From positions 1 to 53,802 of the IMG/VR virus record IMGVR_UViG_3300030107_003607: a stretch of DNA of 53,802 nt; one strand, 5' to 3'. Below the pieces are notes generated by a model. That model was given only the letters and a program-made list of their open reading frames with translations, was not told the origin of the DNA and did not search any database. Positions 19,758-29,850 of this stretch are shown here, one piece after another; the stretch's first letter is position 1; every line of letters starts with the position of its first letter. The translations under genes were made by a program, and so were the position numbers. This stretch comes from a virus (Duplodnaviria > Caudoviricetes).

Positions 19758-21033
19758 TGTTTATGTTGGAATGTGTGCTGATTTAATTCATCACGGACAT
19801 CTTAATATAATAAAGGAAGCTAAAAAATACGGAGATGTTACAGTTGGTTTACTTACTGATTCTGCTATAGCTAGTTACAAAAGACTACCTGCTTTAAGTT
19901 ACGAAGAAAGAAAAATAGTTGTAGAGAATATAGTCGGTGTCAGTAAAGTTATACCACAAAAGACATTGGATTATATACCTAATATAGAAGAACTAAAACC
20001 AAAATATGTGGTGCACGGAGATGATTGGAAAGAGGGAGTTCAAAAGCAAGTTAGGCAAGGAGTGATTGATAAATTAGAAGAGTGGGGTGGTGTAGTTATT
20101 GATGTTCCATACACAAAAGGAGTATCATCTACTAAATTACATAATCACTTAAAAGAAATTGGAACTACTCCTGATGTAAGAAGAAAGATGTTGAAAAGAT
20201 TGATAGAGTCGAAACCGATAGTGAGAGTTTTAGAAGCTCACAATGGATTGACTGGTTTGATTGTAGAAAAGACAAAGGTTGGTAATGATGAGTTTGATGC
20301 TATGTGGTTGAGTAGCCTAACTCACTCAGCATCTAAAGGTAAGCCAGATAATCAGTATGTAGATATAACCACAGTTAGTCAAACTTTGAGTGAGATATTT
20401 GATGTGACAACAAAACCAATGATTGTCGATTTGGATAATGGTGGGATGATTGAACATTTTAAGTTTACGATAAGAACTTTAGAACGAATGGGTGTATCTT
20501 CAGTAATAATTGAAGATAAGATTGGTTCAAAAAGAAACTCTCTATTTGATGATACTTCCAATCAAACGCAAGATAAACCAAGTGAATTTGCCAATAAAAT
20601 ATTAGAGGGTAAGAAAACATTAGTTACAAAAGACTTTATGATTATAGCTCGTATAGAAAGTTTTATTTTAGGAAAGGGAGTTGTTGATGCTATTGATAGA
20701 GCTTATCTTTATATAGATAGTGGAGCTGATGGTATTATGATTCATAGTAAGAGTGAAGATGTTTCTGAAATACTATCTTTTTGTGAACACTATAAAAAGT
20801 TTAAGAAAAAAGTTCCTTTGGTAGTTGTACCATCTACTTATAATAAAGTGGTAGAAAAACAATTAATTGATATTGGAGTTGATGTGGTTATTTATGCTAA
20901 TCATTTATTGAGAAGTTCTTATCCAGCGATGATTGATACTGCTAAATCAATTTTAGAAAATAAAAGGTCTTATGAGGCTAGTAAAAATTGTCTACCAATA
21001 AAAGAAGTATTGGAGTTAATACCAAATGATTAA
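19750..21033 (+). CDS. pepM: Phosphoenolpyruvate mutase with N-terminal cytidylyltransferase domain
   Basis: DLIHHGH and GVSSTK (CTP transferase); LEAHNGLTG, EDKIGSKRNS (EDK-x5-NS signature), IARIES, IYANHLLR. Confidence 0.95.
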   Translation: MSDVYVGMCADLIHHGHLNIIKEAKKYGDVTVGLLTDSAIASYKRLPALSYEERKIVVENIVGVSKVIPQKTLDYIPNIEELKPKYVVHGDDWKEGVQKQVRQGVIDKLEEWGGVVIDVPYTKGVSSTKLHNHLKEIGTTPDVRRKMLKRLIESKPIVRVLEAHNGLTGLIVEKTKVGNDEFDAMWLSSLTHSASKGKPDNQYVDITTVSQTLSEIFDVTTKPMIVDLDNGGMIEHFKFTIRTLERMGVSSVIIEDKIGSKRNSLFDDTSNQTQDKPSEFANKILEGKKTLVTKDFMIIARIESFILGKGVVDAIDRAYLYIDSGADGIMIHSKSEDVSEILSFCEHYKKFKKKVPLVVVPSTYNKVVEKQLIDIGVDVVIYANHLLRSSYPAMIDTAKSILENKRSYEASKNCLPIKEVLELIPND

Positions 21034-21415
21034 ACTCAAATCAGTTATAGATGATGGTTATAATTTCTTCACAGGCGTACCCGATAGTGGATTGAAACCT
21101 TTTATCAAAGAGATACAAAAATCAGAATTTGAACACATACCTGCAACTAATGAGGGGCAAGCGATTGGAATTGCAGTCGGTGCAGAATTAGCTGGTATGA
21201 AAAGTTGTGTCTACCTACAAAACTCAGGTCTTGGTAATTGTATAAATCCATTGACAAGTCTATGTATGCCACACAATATACTTCCATTGTTGGTAATAGG
21301 ACACAGACATACTTTGCCACAACACGCAGTAATGGGTAGGGTGGATAAACAAATGTTAGACCTAATCGGTTATTGGAATTATATAATAGTGGATGGAGAC
21401 AATAATGTCAAGTAG
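21026..21415 (+). CDS. Phosphonopyruvate decarboxylase, N-terminal (alpha) subunit
   Basis: FFTGVPDS, NEGQAIGIAVG, YLQNSGLGN, PQH..MG; follows pepM. Confidence 0.85.
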   Translation: MIKLKSVIDDGYNFFTGVPDSGLKPFIKEIQKSEFEHIPATNEGQAIGIAVGAELAGMKSCVYLQNSGLGNCINPLTSLCMPHNILPLLVIGHRHTLPQHAVMGRVDKQMLDLIGYWNYIIVDGDNNVK

Positions 21416-21860
21416 AAAAGGAGCAATAAAATTTATCTTTGAGAGACATCCCGATGCTATATTCGTAACCAACACAGGTTATATATCTAGAGCAGTTTAT
21501 GATATGTATCCAAAGAATAAGAATATATTTTATATGCAAGGTAGTATGGGATTGGCTCCGTGTATCGGATTGGGAATGGCTCTTAATACAGATAAAGAGA
21601 TTGTAGTTTTAAGTGGTGATGCTGCTCTGTTAATGCACTTAGGAATAACTCACACTATAGCTGACAGAGAGTTGGGTAATCTTTTTGTATATGTTTTAGA
21701 TAATGGATGCCACGAATCAGTTGGTGGATTCTTCAGTTCTCAATTGGAAGATTCTTATTTAGGTATTGATGATATAATTCCAATTAGCAAAGATGGTAAA
21801 AAGGGAAGAGTAGAATTAGATTGTGAAAAGAATACAAAACAAATAAAGGAGTTATTTTGA
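21405..21860 (+). CDS. Phosphonopyruvate decarboxylase, TPP-binding (beta) subunit
   Basis: TGYISR, YMQGSMG, GDAALLMH...DNGCHESVGG. Confidence 0.85.
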   Translation: MSSRKGAIKFIFERHPDAIFVTNTGYISRAVYDMYPKNKNIFYMQGSMGLAPCIGLGMALNTDKEIVVLSGDAALLMHLGITHTIADRELGNLFVYVLDNGCHESVGGFFSSQLEDSYLGIDDIIPISKDGKKGRVELDCEKNTKQIKELF

Positions 21861-22642
21861 GAGGATATAATGGTACACTATTAGTATGCTCGGAGTCTAC
21901 TAAAAAATTTATAAATGGTTTTGATAAAGTTAGAGTTGTAAAAGGAGCTCCTGATGCCACTATTTTAGATGAGGTTGGTGCTTATGAAAAGGTTACTGCG
22001 ATAGGTGGTGGTGCTGTGATAGATACAGCGAAGATATTGGCTAAGAATCCTATAGTTTGCTATCCAACCACAGCAGCTGGTTCTACAGAAACTTCTTGGT
22101 CTGTTTATTGGGATGGTAGTAAGAAATGTAGTATAAAAAGACACAAGCCAAGAGATGTTATTATAAATTCAGAGTTTTTAGATTTACCATATAGTGTTGT
22201 GGCTGAGACTACATTTGATGTCGTAAGTCATTGTTTGGATAGTTTAAATTCAAAGAAATCTACAGAAGAAAGTATTGGTTATTGTAACAGAGCTCTAAAA
22301 ATATTAAGAAATAGAGGTAGAGGTAATGTTGATTTAATAAGAGCTGGTCGTGAAGCAGGAAAAGCTATAGAAATTGCTGGCACTAATTTGTTACATTCCC
22401 TTTCTTATCCTTTAACAGGATACTATAATGTATCTCACGGATTAGCTTTAGGCTATTTCTTACCAAAGATTTCAAAACTTATGAATAATGATGTAAGTGA
22501 TATAATAGATGAATATGAAAACTTTACATTTGATTTTAATATTGATATGGAAATGGTAATAGATGAAGCTCTAAAATATGACAAGATTAATGAGAGTAAG
22601 ATATTTATAGATAAGAAAGTTTTACAGGAGGTTTTAGTATGA
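21857..22642 (+). CDS. Iron-containing alcohol dehydrogenase, phosphonoacetaldehyde reductase-like
   Basis: IGGGAVIDTAK, PTTAAGS, D..SH, HSLSYPLT..YNVSHG; position after the decarboxylase. Confidence 0.8.
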   Translation: MRGYNGTLLVCSESTKKFINGFDKVRVVKGAPDATILDEVGAYEKVTAIGGGAVIDTAKILAKNPIVCYPTTAAGSTETSWSVYWDGSKKCSIKRHKPRDVIINSEFLDLPYSVVAETTFDVVSHCLDSLNSKKSTEESIGYCNRALKILRNRGRGNVDLIRAGREAGKAIEIAGTNLLHSLSYPLTGYYNVSHGLALGYFLPKISKLMNNDVSDIIDEYENFTFDFNIDMEMVIDEALKYDKINESKIFIDKKVLQEVLV

Positions 22643-23364
22643 GTGAATTATCAATAACAGAAATAGCTTTAAAATACAATTGTGACAAATATGATTTAGG
22701 TTATTTAAAACATTACGAAAAGAAATTTGAATCCATTAGAAATGATGTTACTAAGATATTAGAGATAGGTTTAAATACGGGCGGTTCACATTTAATGTGG
22801 TTAGAGTATTTTCCAAATGCTATGGTTTATGCCATTGACAACAGAATACTTTATGAAGAGTATGTTACTAATAAACGTACTGGTGGAAGATTGACAATGG
22901 TTGATGGATGGGATGACAGAGATGAAAATAGATTGATTGTGTTTAATGGAGACCAATCAAATATTGAAGATTTAAATAACTTTCGTGGTGAGTGTGGTTC
23001 AGAATTTGATATTATTATAGATGACGGCGGACACACAATGAGACAGCAACAAACATCTTTTGGATTTCTCTACAATGATTTAAAATCAAATGGAATTTAT
23101 GTAATAGAAGATTTACATACTGGCAGTAACCAATGGGTAAGTTTATATGGATATGTTGTTATTGAGCAGGGTGATACTTTAACATTAGATTTAATGAAGG
23201 ACTTTGAAAATAATGATGGTTCAATATTAGAGACTAAACATATAACGAAAGAACGGCTGCTTGATATTAGAGAAAGAATGAATAGTTGTACAGTACAGGT
23301 TGGGATGGACTCATATAAAGATTATAAATGGCCAACAACATTAGCTTTTATGGATTTTGAATGA
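22639..23364 (+). CDS. Class I SAM O-methyltransferase (MycE/TylE-like)
   Basis: ILEIG..GGS, GDQS, DIIIDDGGH, YVIEDLH. Confidence 0.8.
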   Translation: MSELSITEIALKYNCDKYDLGYLKHYEKKFESIRNDVTKILEIGLNTGGSHLMWLEYFPNAMVYAIDNRILYEEYVTNKRTGGRLTMVDGWDDRDENRLIVFNGDQSNIEDLNNFRGECGSEFDIIIDDGGHTMRQQQTSFGFLYNDLKSNGIYVIEDLHTGSNQWVSLYGYVVIEQGDTLTLDLMKDFENNDGSILETKHITKERLLDIRERMNSCTVQVGMDSYKDYKWPTTLAFMDFE

Positions 23365-24095
23365 GTAAAGTAGCAGTTATAGTAGAAACGAGAAAACATA
23401 AAGCCTTACCTTTTGTTCTCAATAATGTTATGTCAGTTTTGCCAGAAGATTGGGATTTACAGATATTTCACGGCTCTAATAATTTAGATTATATAGATGA
23501 AGTAATTTCAGAAAATCCATATTTAGGTGGCAGAGATTTTTTCTGTAATGATTTAGAAATAGACACTATAACTGCTGATGATTCGAGCTTAGAAATTATG
23601 CTAACGGAAGATTTTTGGAATAAGGTAGTCGGTGAAACTGTATTGTATTTTGAATGTGATACGATGCTATGTCCTAATTCAGAACATAAAGTTGAGGACT
23701 TTGAACACTTTGATTACATAGGTGGTTATTGGGGAAATCAATTAGATATGTTAGACAATGATTACTCAAAGGTTATGAATGGTGGACTATCAATTAGAAA
23801 GAAAAGTTTTATGTTGGATATAATTAAAAACGAATTACAACCATATTTAGATAGGGGTGGAAATCCTTGTGAGGATTATTTTGTAACAGATAGGATAAGG
23901 ACTAAACCAAAGGTAAGAGATGTGTTGAACTTTTCAATAGACAATGGTTATATGTATCCATTAGATGACAAAGCACCATTTGGATTACACAAACCGTGGG
24001 GTGCTAATCCAGCAAAAGGTCACGGAAAGTATTATAATGAAATCAAAAAAGTGTGTGAAGATGTAGAGAAATTGGAGATTTATAATGGCGTATAG
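23361..24095 (+). CDS. DUF5672-like putative glycosyltransferase
   Basis: AVIVETR, FDYIG..W, NGGLSIR, ED.F, PFGLHKPW. Confidence 0.7.
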   Translation: MSKVAVIVETRKHKALPFVLNNVMSVLPEDWDLQIFHGSNNLDYIDEVISENPYLGGRDFFCNDLEIDTITADDSSLEIMLTEDFWNKVVGETVLYFECDTMLCPNSEHKVEDFEHFDYIGGYWGNQLDMLDNDYSKVMNGGLSIRKKSFMLDIIKNELQPYLDRGGNPCEDYFVTDRIRTKPKVRDVLNFSIDNGYMYPLDDKAPFGLHKPWGANPAKGHGKYYNEIKKVCEDVEKLEIYNGV

Positions 24096-24738
24096 AGCTG
24101 GCGAAACAATGAGATTAGAGGATGTTGATAAATTAGGAATACATCCCACTTTTATTTTAGACATAGGTGCACATTCAGGTCAGTTTCGTGGTTGGGCTAA
24201 AAGAGTTTGGCCAGATGTACCGATTTGGATGATAGAAGCTAATCCACTACACGAAAGAACTTTAGAAAATCTTATCAGATTTAGTAATGACCAATATCTA
24301 ATAGCATCGATGGGAGATGAAGAAAGAGAAGTTACTTTTTACACCCGAAGTGACAAACCACATACAGAGGGTAATTCTTACTACAAAGAACATAACTATT
24401 GGGATATACCACAATTGGTACAAGAAACTAAAGTAACATTACAAAAGCTAGATAATTTATTTGAAAATGATGCAGTATTTGATATTATAAAAGTAGATAC
24501 GCAAGGTTCTGAAATAGATATATTAAAAGGTGGTAAAGATTTAGTTAGTAAAGCTCAAGCGATTATATTGGAAGTGTCTTTTATAGAATACAATGAGGGC
24601 GCACCAACAGCTGAAGAGACTATTGATTATATGAATGAAATTGGTTTTGAAGAAAGAATGAGTCTTGGCGAACACTATGATGGAGAAACAATAGTTCAGA
24701 AAGATTTATTATTTACAAATAAGGAGTTAGTTAAATGA
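24085..24738 (+). CDS. FkbM-family methyltransferase
   Basis: LDIGAHSG, IEANP, KVDTQGSE. Confidence 0.9.
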   Translation: MAYRAGETMRLEDVDKLGIHPTFILDIGAHSGQFRGWAKRVWPDVPIWMIEANPLHERTLENLIRFSNDQYLIASMGDEEREVTFYTRSDKPHTEGNSYYKEHNYWDIPQLVQETKVTLQKLDNLFENDAVFDIIKVDTQGSEIDILKGGKDLVSKAQAIILEVSFIEYNEGAPTAEETIDYMNEIGFEERMSLGEHYDGETIVQKDLLFTNKELVK

Positions 24739-25922
24739 AGAAAGAGTTTTTAGATTTAGGTAGACAACCTATAGCAAATAAGTTTTTAAAAGAAGATGAA
24801 ATTAATGATGAGTTCTTCTTTGATTTAAAAGTAGTTTTTGATGAGGAAACTAAGTTGGTTTCTATGAAAGATTTTGTTAAGCCAGAGTTGATGTTCAATG
24901 AAGATTATAAATACAATACATCATTGTCTACGCCAATGGTAAATCATTTCAGGCAGACTGCACAAATGTTAGAGAATAGGTTTCAACCAAAGAAAGTTTT
25001 AGAGATAGGTTCTAATGATGGGCCTTTCATAAGTAACTTTCCAGTAGAGGATTCTCTGTGTGTAGAACCTTGTGATAATTTTGCAAGAGTGACTGCTGAT
25101 ATGGGATATATGACTAGGACAGAGTTTTGGACAACAGAACTTTCTGATAAGATTAAAGATTCTGATGGGGAAATGGATTTGATTTACTCTGCTAATTGTA
25201 TATGCCACATACAAGATTTAGATGATTGTTTTTCAGCAGTCGCTAACTTACTTAGTGACAAAGGTGTGTTCGTATTTGAAGATCCTTCATTACTTAGAAT
25301 GTTAGAGAGAGGTTCATACGACCAAATATATGATGAACACGCACACGTATTTTCTGTAACCGCTTTGGATAATATTCTAAGAAAGAATGGTTTAATTATG
25401 TTTGATGTAGACAATCTCTCAGTTCACGGTGGTTCAAATAGAATCTATGCCAAAAAGCCAAACATACCATCGAACAACACTATATCACCTAATGTTTATA
25501 ACAACCTAAAAGAAGAAGATGAGTTTGGTGTTGGTAATTTTCAGACTTATGAAATATTTGCTAATAGAGTTAAAGAATCTAAAGATAGATTACATAGACA
25601 ATTAACTAACCTAAGACACAATGGTAAAAAGATAGTCAGTATAGGTGCTACATCTAAATCTACAACAGTGTTTAATTATTGTGGTATTGATAGTTCTGTA
25701 ATCGATTGTATCACAGATACTACACCAGATAAGCAGGGATTACTAGCGCCAGGTAGTCACATACCTGTAGTTGATAGAGAATCTGTAGACTTAAACGATT
25801 ATGATTACGCTTTCTTAGGTGCTTGGAATTTCAAAGATGTTATAGCGAACAAAGAAAGAGATTTTGTAAGAAATGGTGGTAAGTTTATTACACACGTGCC
25901 AGAAATAATGGTATTTTCGTAA
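24735..25922 (+). CDS. NDP-hexose C-methyltransferase (TylC3/TcaB9 family)
   Basis: LDLG.QP.AN, EIGSNDG, YDQIYDEH, HGGS.R, GA.SK, KQG..PGSHIP, AWNF. Confidence 0.85.
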   Translation: MKKEFLDLGRQPIANKFLKEDEINDEFFFDLKVVFDEETKLVSMKDFVKPELMFNEDYKYNTSLSTPMVNHFRQTAQMLENRFQPKKVLEIGSNDGPFISNFPVEDSLCVEPCDNFARVTADMGYMTRTEFWTTELSDKIKDSDGEMDLIYSANCICHIQDLDDCFSAVANLLSDKGVFVFEDPSLLRMLERGSYDQIYDEHAHVFSVTALDNILRKNGLIMFDVDNLSVHGGSNRIYAKKPNIPSNNTISPNVYNNLKEEDEFGVGNFQTYEIFANRVKESKDRLHRQLTNLRHNGKKIVSIGATSKSTTVFNYCGIDSSVIDCITDTTPDKQGLLAPGSHIPVVDRESVDLNDYDYAFLGAWNFKDVIANKERDFVRNGGKFITHVPEIMVFS

Positions 25923-25932
25923 GGAGAATGAT

Positions 25933-26316
25933 ATGTATTATAATGAGGATGACAGAGCTCAAAGGTTATTGGATGTTTTTGAAGTTATAGATGGACAAAT
26001 AAATGTTTCATATGTGAATAGTACAGAACACATTGTTGCTTGGCATAAACACGATATACAATCTGATTATTGGACTTGTCTAAAAGGTTCTTTCAAAGTG
26101 GGAATGGCTACGGAAGAAGATGGTTGTGATTTTGTATATCTATCAGATAAAGACCCGAGAGTTATTGAAATGAAACCAGGAGTATATCACGGATATAAAG
26201 CATTAGAGCCAGGTTCTATATTACTTTATTATCTAACAGAGAAATATAATCCAGATGATGAGTTTAGAGTTCCAGTAGGACATTTTGGTGAGGAGTGGAC
26301 AACGGAGAATAAATGA
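25933..26316 (+). CDS. RmlC-like 3,5-epimerase (cupin)
   Basis: AWHKH..Q.D, PGVYHGY, Y.P.DE. Confidence 0.75.
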   Translation: MYYNEDDRAQRLLDVFEVIDGQINVSYVNSTEHIVAWHKHDIQSDYWTCLKGSFKVGMATEEDGCDFVYLSDKDPRVIEMKPGVYHGYKALEPGSILLYYLTEKYNPDDEFRVPVGHFGEEWTTENK

Positions 26317-26726
26317 CAACAATAGATGATGTTAAACGATTTAATTTAAAATTCATTGATGATCCAGATGGTAGATTAGCGCCCATTGAATTTGATAAGG
26401 ATGTACCATTTGAAGTCAAAAGAATGTTTTATGTATTTGATGTACACAATCAAAATGATAGAGGCAAGCATAGTCATTACAAAACTAAACAATTATTGAT
26501 TTCTATAAAAGGTTCTATCAATGTTAAATGTGATGATGGTATGGGCGGAGTTAGAGAATGGGAACTTAGAACACCTTGGAATGCTCTGTACATACCTGAA
26601 ATGATTTGGGATGAACAAATATACAATTCTAAAGATTCTATATTATTAGTGTTGTCAAATACAAACTACGATCCTTCTGATTATATAGAGGATTATGAAA
26701 TGTTTAGGAGAGTTAAGAATGGCTGA
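26313..26726 (+). CDS. FdtA/QdtA-family sugar 3,4-ketoisomerase
   Basis: PFEVKRMFY, RGKHSH, LYIP..IW, YD..DYI. Confidence 0.85.
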   Translation: MTTIDDVKRFNLKFIDDPDGRLAPIEFDKDVPFEVKRMFYVFDVHNQNDRGKHSHYKTKQLLISIKGSINVKCDDGMGGVREWELRTPWNALYIPEMIWDEQIYNSKDSILLVLSNTNYDPSDYIEDYEMFRRVKNG

Positions 26727-27405
26727 AACACCAGTTAAAAAAGAAGATGATTGGAGAATGAGAGGAACTATAACTCATAGTCATACACCATATCCGTGGA
26801 TGACTATAGAAAACTTTCATCCATCAGAACCAATGGTAAGAGCTGCAGCTGAAAGTTTTGATGAGGTAGAAGATTGGGTTAAGTATGGTGGAGATGACGC
26901 TGGACAGATTCAGTATTGTTCTAAGTTAGGTCGTGAGAATGTGCCACCACCTGCATTACTTATGTTAGACTACATAGCAACACATTGTAATCCCGATATG
27001 ATGATGGGATTCGATACTAAATGTTTTCCTGATATGTCTCACTATGGTGGCGGTATGATGATTACACCTAATAGAAATGGAGAGGGTGGTTATTTAGGAA
27101 TGCACGTTGATGCCAGTCATCACGGAATACATAAAGATTGGAAAAGAGAATTTAGTGCTATCTTATGTTTATCAGAGGATTACGATTCATCTTTCGATTT
27201 GGTGGTAAATGATGGAAAGAGAAGAGGAACTGTACCTTACAAATTTAATCAGTTAAATGTATTTAAATGTTCAGAAAACTCTTGGCACGGATTGCCTGAA
27301 ATAGCGATGGGTAAGGACAGAAAAACATTAGGTGTTATGTTTTGGTCTAAAGATGAAGAGGGTAAACAAATCAGAGCTAAATTCAATAAAGATTTGGAGT
27401 GGTAA
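26719..27405 (+). CDS. 2OG-Fe(II) oxygenase
   Basis: LGMHVD, SWHG, RK; start moved to ATG 26719 after AGGAG. Confidence 0.75.
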   Translation: MAETPVKKEDDWRMRGTITHSHTPYPWMTIENFHPSEPMVRAAAESFDEVEDWVKYGGDDAGQIQYCSKLGRENVPPPALLMLDYIATHCNPDMMMGFDTKCFPDMSHYGGGMMITPNRNGEGGYLGMHVDASHHGIHKDWKREFSAILCLSEDYDSSFDLVVNDGKRRGTVPYKFNQLNVFKCSENSWHGLPEIAMGKDRKTLGVMFWSKDEEGKQIRAKFNKDLEW

Positions 27406-27406
27406 T

Positions 27407-28216
27407 ATGGCAAAGGTATTAGATTTAGAAACATATAAAGCTGGTGTAGGAACTTCTACTAAACCTTGGTGGAAAGATACTGATGAGTCACCTAAAGAAC
27501 TTTGGGATAAAGTCTATGGTGAAAATTATTTGAACTGGTGGCATCCTGATTCTAAAAGTGGAGAGGGTACTGTAAAAGAAGCCGATAGAAGAATCAAAGT
27601 GATAAATAGTATTTTAAAAGATTATGAAATAGAGAACATTTTAGATATAGGTTGTGGTGATTTACATTGGGCAGAGAAACTGAACTTAGATAAAATAAAA
27701 AGATACGCTGCAGTGGATGTTTCAGAAGTTTGTGTAGCAGAAAATCTTTATAAAGAAACAGATACTTTAGAAATTTACCAATGTGATATGTCAGACCCAA
27801 ATGAGAATTACAGATTTTACAGTCCAAGAACTATGAAGTATCCAAAAAATGAATGGGATTTGGTTATGATGTTTGATGTATTGAACCATTGTATTCAAGA
27901 AGAGATAGATGAGATAGTAAAATTTTTACTGAATGCTAATGTAAAATATGTTCTTACTAATAACTTCTCTTTAAAAAGAATGGAGTTTGAAAATAAAGAA
28001 TTTGAAAACACTCCCGAAGAGACTGGCGTATGGTGGCCTGGACATTGGGATGGTAAAACAAAAGAAGTTAGGAATATGCCTATCAATTTAGAACTACACC
28101 CAAAGTGGAAATGGAAAACTATACAATCCGATGAAGAGTTCCATTTTACAGATACATCGGGCGGACAATTGCCACAAGGAAATGAGTGTTTAGATTTATA
28201 TAAAATAAATGAGTAA
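27407..28216 (+). CDS. Class I SAM methyltransferase
   Basis: SGEG, ILDIGCGD, VDVS, DVLNH. Confidence 0.8.
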   Translation: MAKVLDLETYKAGVGTSTKPWWKDTDESPKELWDKVYGENYLNWWHPDSKSGEGTVKEADRRIKVINSILKDYEIENILDIGCGDLHWAEKLNLDKIKRYAAVDVSEVCVAENLYKETDTLEIYQCDMSDPNENYRFYSPRTMKYPKNEWDLVMMFDVLNHCIQEEIDEIVKFLLNANVKYVLTNNFSLKRMEFENKEFENTPEETGVWWPGHWDGKTKEVRNMPINLELHPKWKWKTIQSDEEFHFTDTSGGQLPQGNECLDLYKINE

Positions 28217-28943
28217 GATATTAATCACAGGTGGTGATGGAGAATTTTGTAAACATTTAGTTAAGCAAGGAAAAGATTTTTCTTTTCTAACACCATCAAA
28301 AAAAGAAGCTGATATAAGTGACTATTGGAAATTAGATAGATATTTTTATACACATCAATTTGAATTTGATATTGTTATTCACGCAGCGGCTATAACAAGA
28401 CCTATGGTTATACACGAAGATAATCCAAAGTTGAGTATAAAAACAAATATAATTGGTACTTCCAATGTGGTTTTGATGTGTGAAAGATATAACAAAAAAA
28501 TAGTCTACATTTCTACTGATTATGTTTATGATGGGATAGATGGAAACTATAAAGAAACTGATGCTATGAAACCATTCACAAAATATGGTTGGTCTAAATT
28601 GGGTGGAGAATGTGCAGTACAAATGTGGGATAATCATTTAATACTTAGGATGGCTATGAATAAAAAACCATTTCCACATCCAAAGGCTTTGAAAGATATG
28701 AGAAAGAGTCTTATGTACATTGAAGATGCTGCTAAGGTTACTCTAAAGTTGTTAGGAGAAAATGGTATAATAAATGTAGGTGGTAAATCACAATCTGTTT
28801 ATGATTTTGTAAAAGAAGAAAATCCTAATATTGAACCTATTTATTTAAAAGATATATCTGATGTCAATATGGCTACAGATTGTTCTATGGATACAACAAA
28901 AATGACAAAGGTTATTGATGATTCAACTGTTCAACATAAATAA
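28209..28943 (+). CDS. RmlD-like NDP-4-keto-sugar reductase
   Basis: TGGDG, HAAA, ISTDYVYDG, YGWSKLGGE. Confidence 0.85.
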   Translation: MSKILITGGDGEFCKHLVKQGKDFSFLTPSKKEADISDYWKLDRYFYTHQFEFDIVIHAAAITRPMVIHEDNPKLSIKTNIIGTSNVVLMCERYNKKIVYISTDYVYDGIDGNYKETDAMKPFTKYGWSKLGGECAVQMWDNHLILRMAMNKKPFPHPKALKDMRKSLMYIEDAAKVTLKLLGENGIINVGGKSQSVYDFVKEENPNIEPIYLKDISDVNMATDCSMDTTKMTKVIDDSTVQHK

Positions 28944-29850
28944 TCACATAATAGATACATCTGAATTTTCTAATATGTTGCACGATGACATAGTAATTCA
29001 GTATGAAAAGAGGATTGCTGACTATGTGGGTGCTAAGTATGCTTGCGCTGTAAATAGTGCTACAAATGCCATATTCTTAATAATGAAGATGGAAGAATAT
29101 ATGAATCCTCGTACAATCAAAATACCAAGTATAATTCCACCTGTCGTTGCTAATGCTATAATAACAAGTGGTAATAAAGTGGAGTTTACTGATAATGTAA
29201 AATGGGTTGGTGACTCTTATATCTTACATAAATTTAGAAAGTTTAAAGTGGTTGATTCTGCACAAAAATTAGAACCACAGCAATTTAGAAAAGAGTGTAA
29301 ACCAAATGATTTAATGATATTTAGTCACTATCCAACCAAACCTTTAGGTGGTGCTGATGGTGGTGTTATTGTAACAGATGATTACGATAAATACAAATGG
29401 ATGAAAGAGGCTGTTCTAAATGGAACTACATTTGCTGACAATAATTGGGAAAGAGGTATATCTTTTCCTGGTTATAAATTTTATATGAGTTCTATACAAG
29501 CAAAAATAGTTATGAATAACTTTGAAAACTATGATAAAAAAATGAGAAGTTTAGGTAGTTTAGTTGATACTTATAATAGAGAATTAGGTTATGAAAACAC
29601 TAGTAAACATCTGTATAGGATAGAGGTTGTGGATCAAAAGAAGTTCATTAATAATATGAAAAGAGCTGGAATAGTTTGTGGTATACATTACCCAGCATTA
29701 CATCTTAATGCCACTTACAATGAGGGTAAGACATTTGATTTACCAAAATCTGAAAAGGTGGCTAAACACACTGTTTCAATACCAATGAATGAGAAATTAT
29801 CTTTCAATGATATGGAATATCTTTTAGAAAAAGTAAAGGAGAATATATAA
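28915..29850 (+). CDS. DegT/DnrJ/EryC1 PLP sugar aminotransferase
   Basis: VNSATNA, DSAQ, SHYPTKPLGGADGG, GIHYPALH. Confidence 0.85.
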   Translation: MMIQLFNINNHIIDTSEFSNMLHDDIVIQYEKRIADYVGAKYACAVNSATNAIFLIMKMEEYMNPRTIKIPSIIPPVVANAIITSGNKVEFTDNVKWVGDSYILHKFRKFKVVDSAQKLEPQQFRKECKPNDLMIFSHYPTKPLGGADGGVIVTDDYDKYKWMKEAVLNGTTFADNNWERGISFPGYKFYMSSIQAKIVMNNFENYDKKMRSLGSLVDTYNRELGYENTSKHLYRIEVVDQKKFINNMKRAGIVCGIHYPALHLNATYNEGKTFDLPKSEKVAKHTVSIPMNEKLSFNDMEYLLEKVKENI

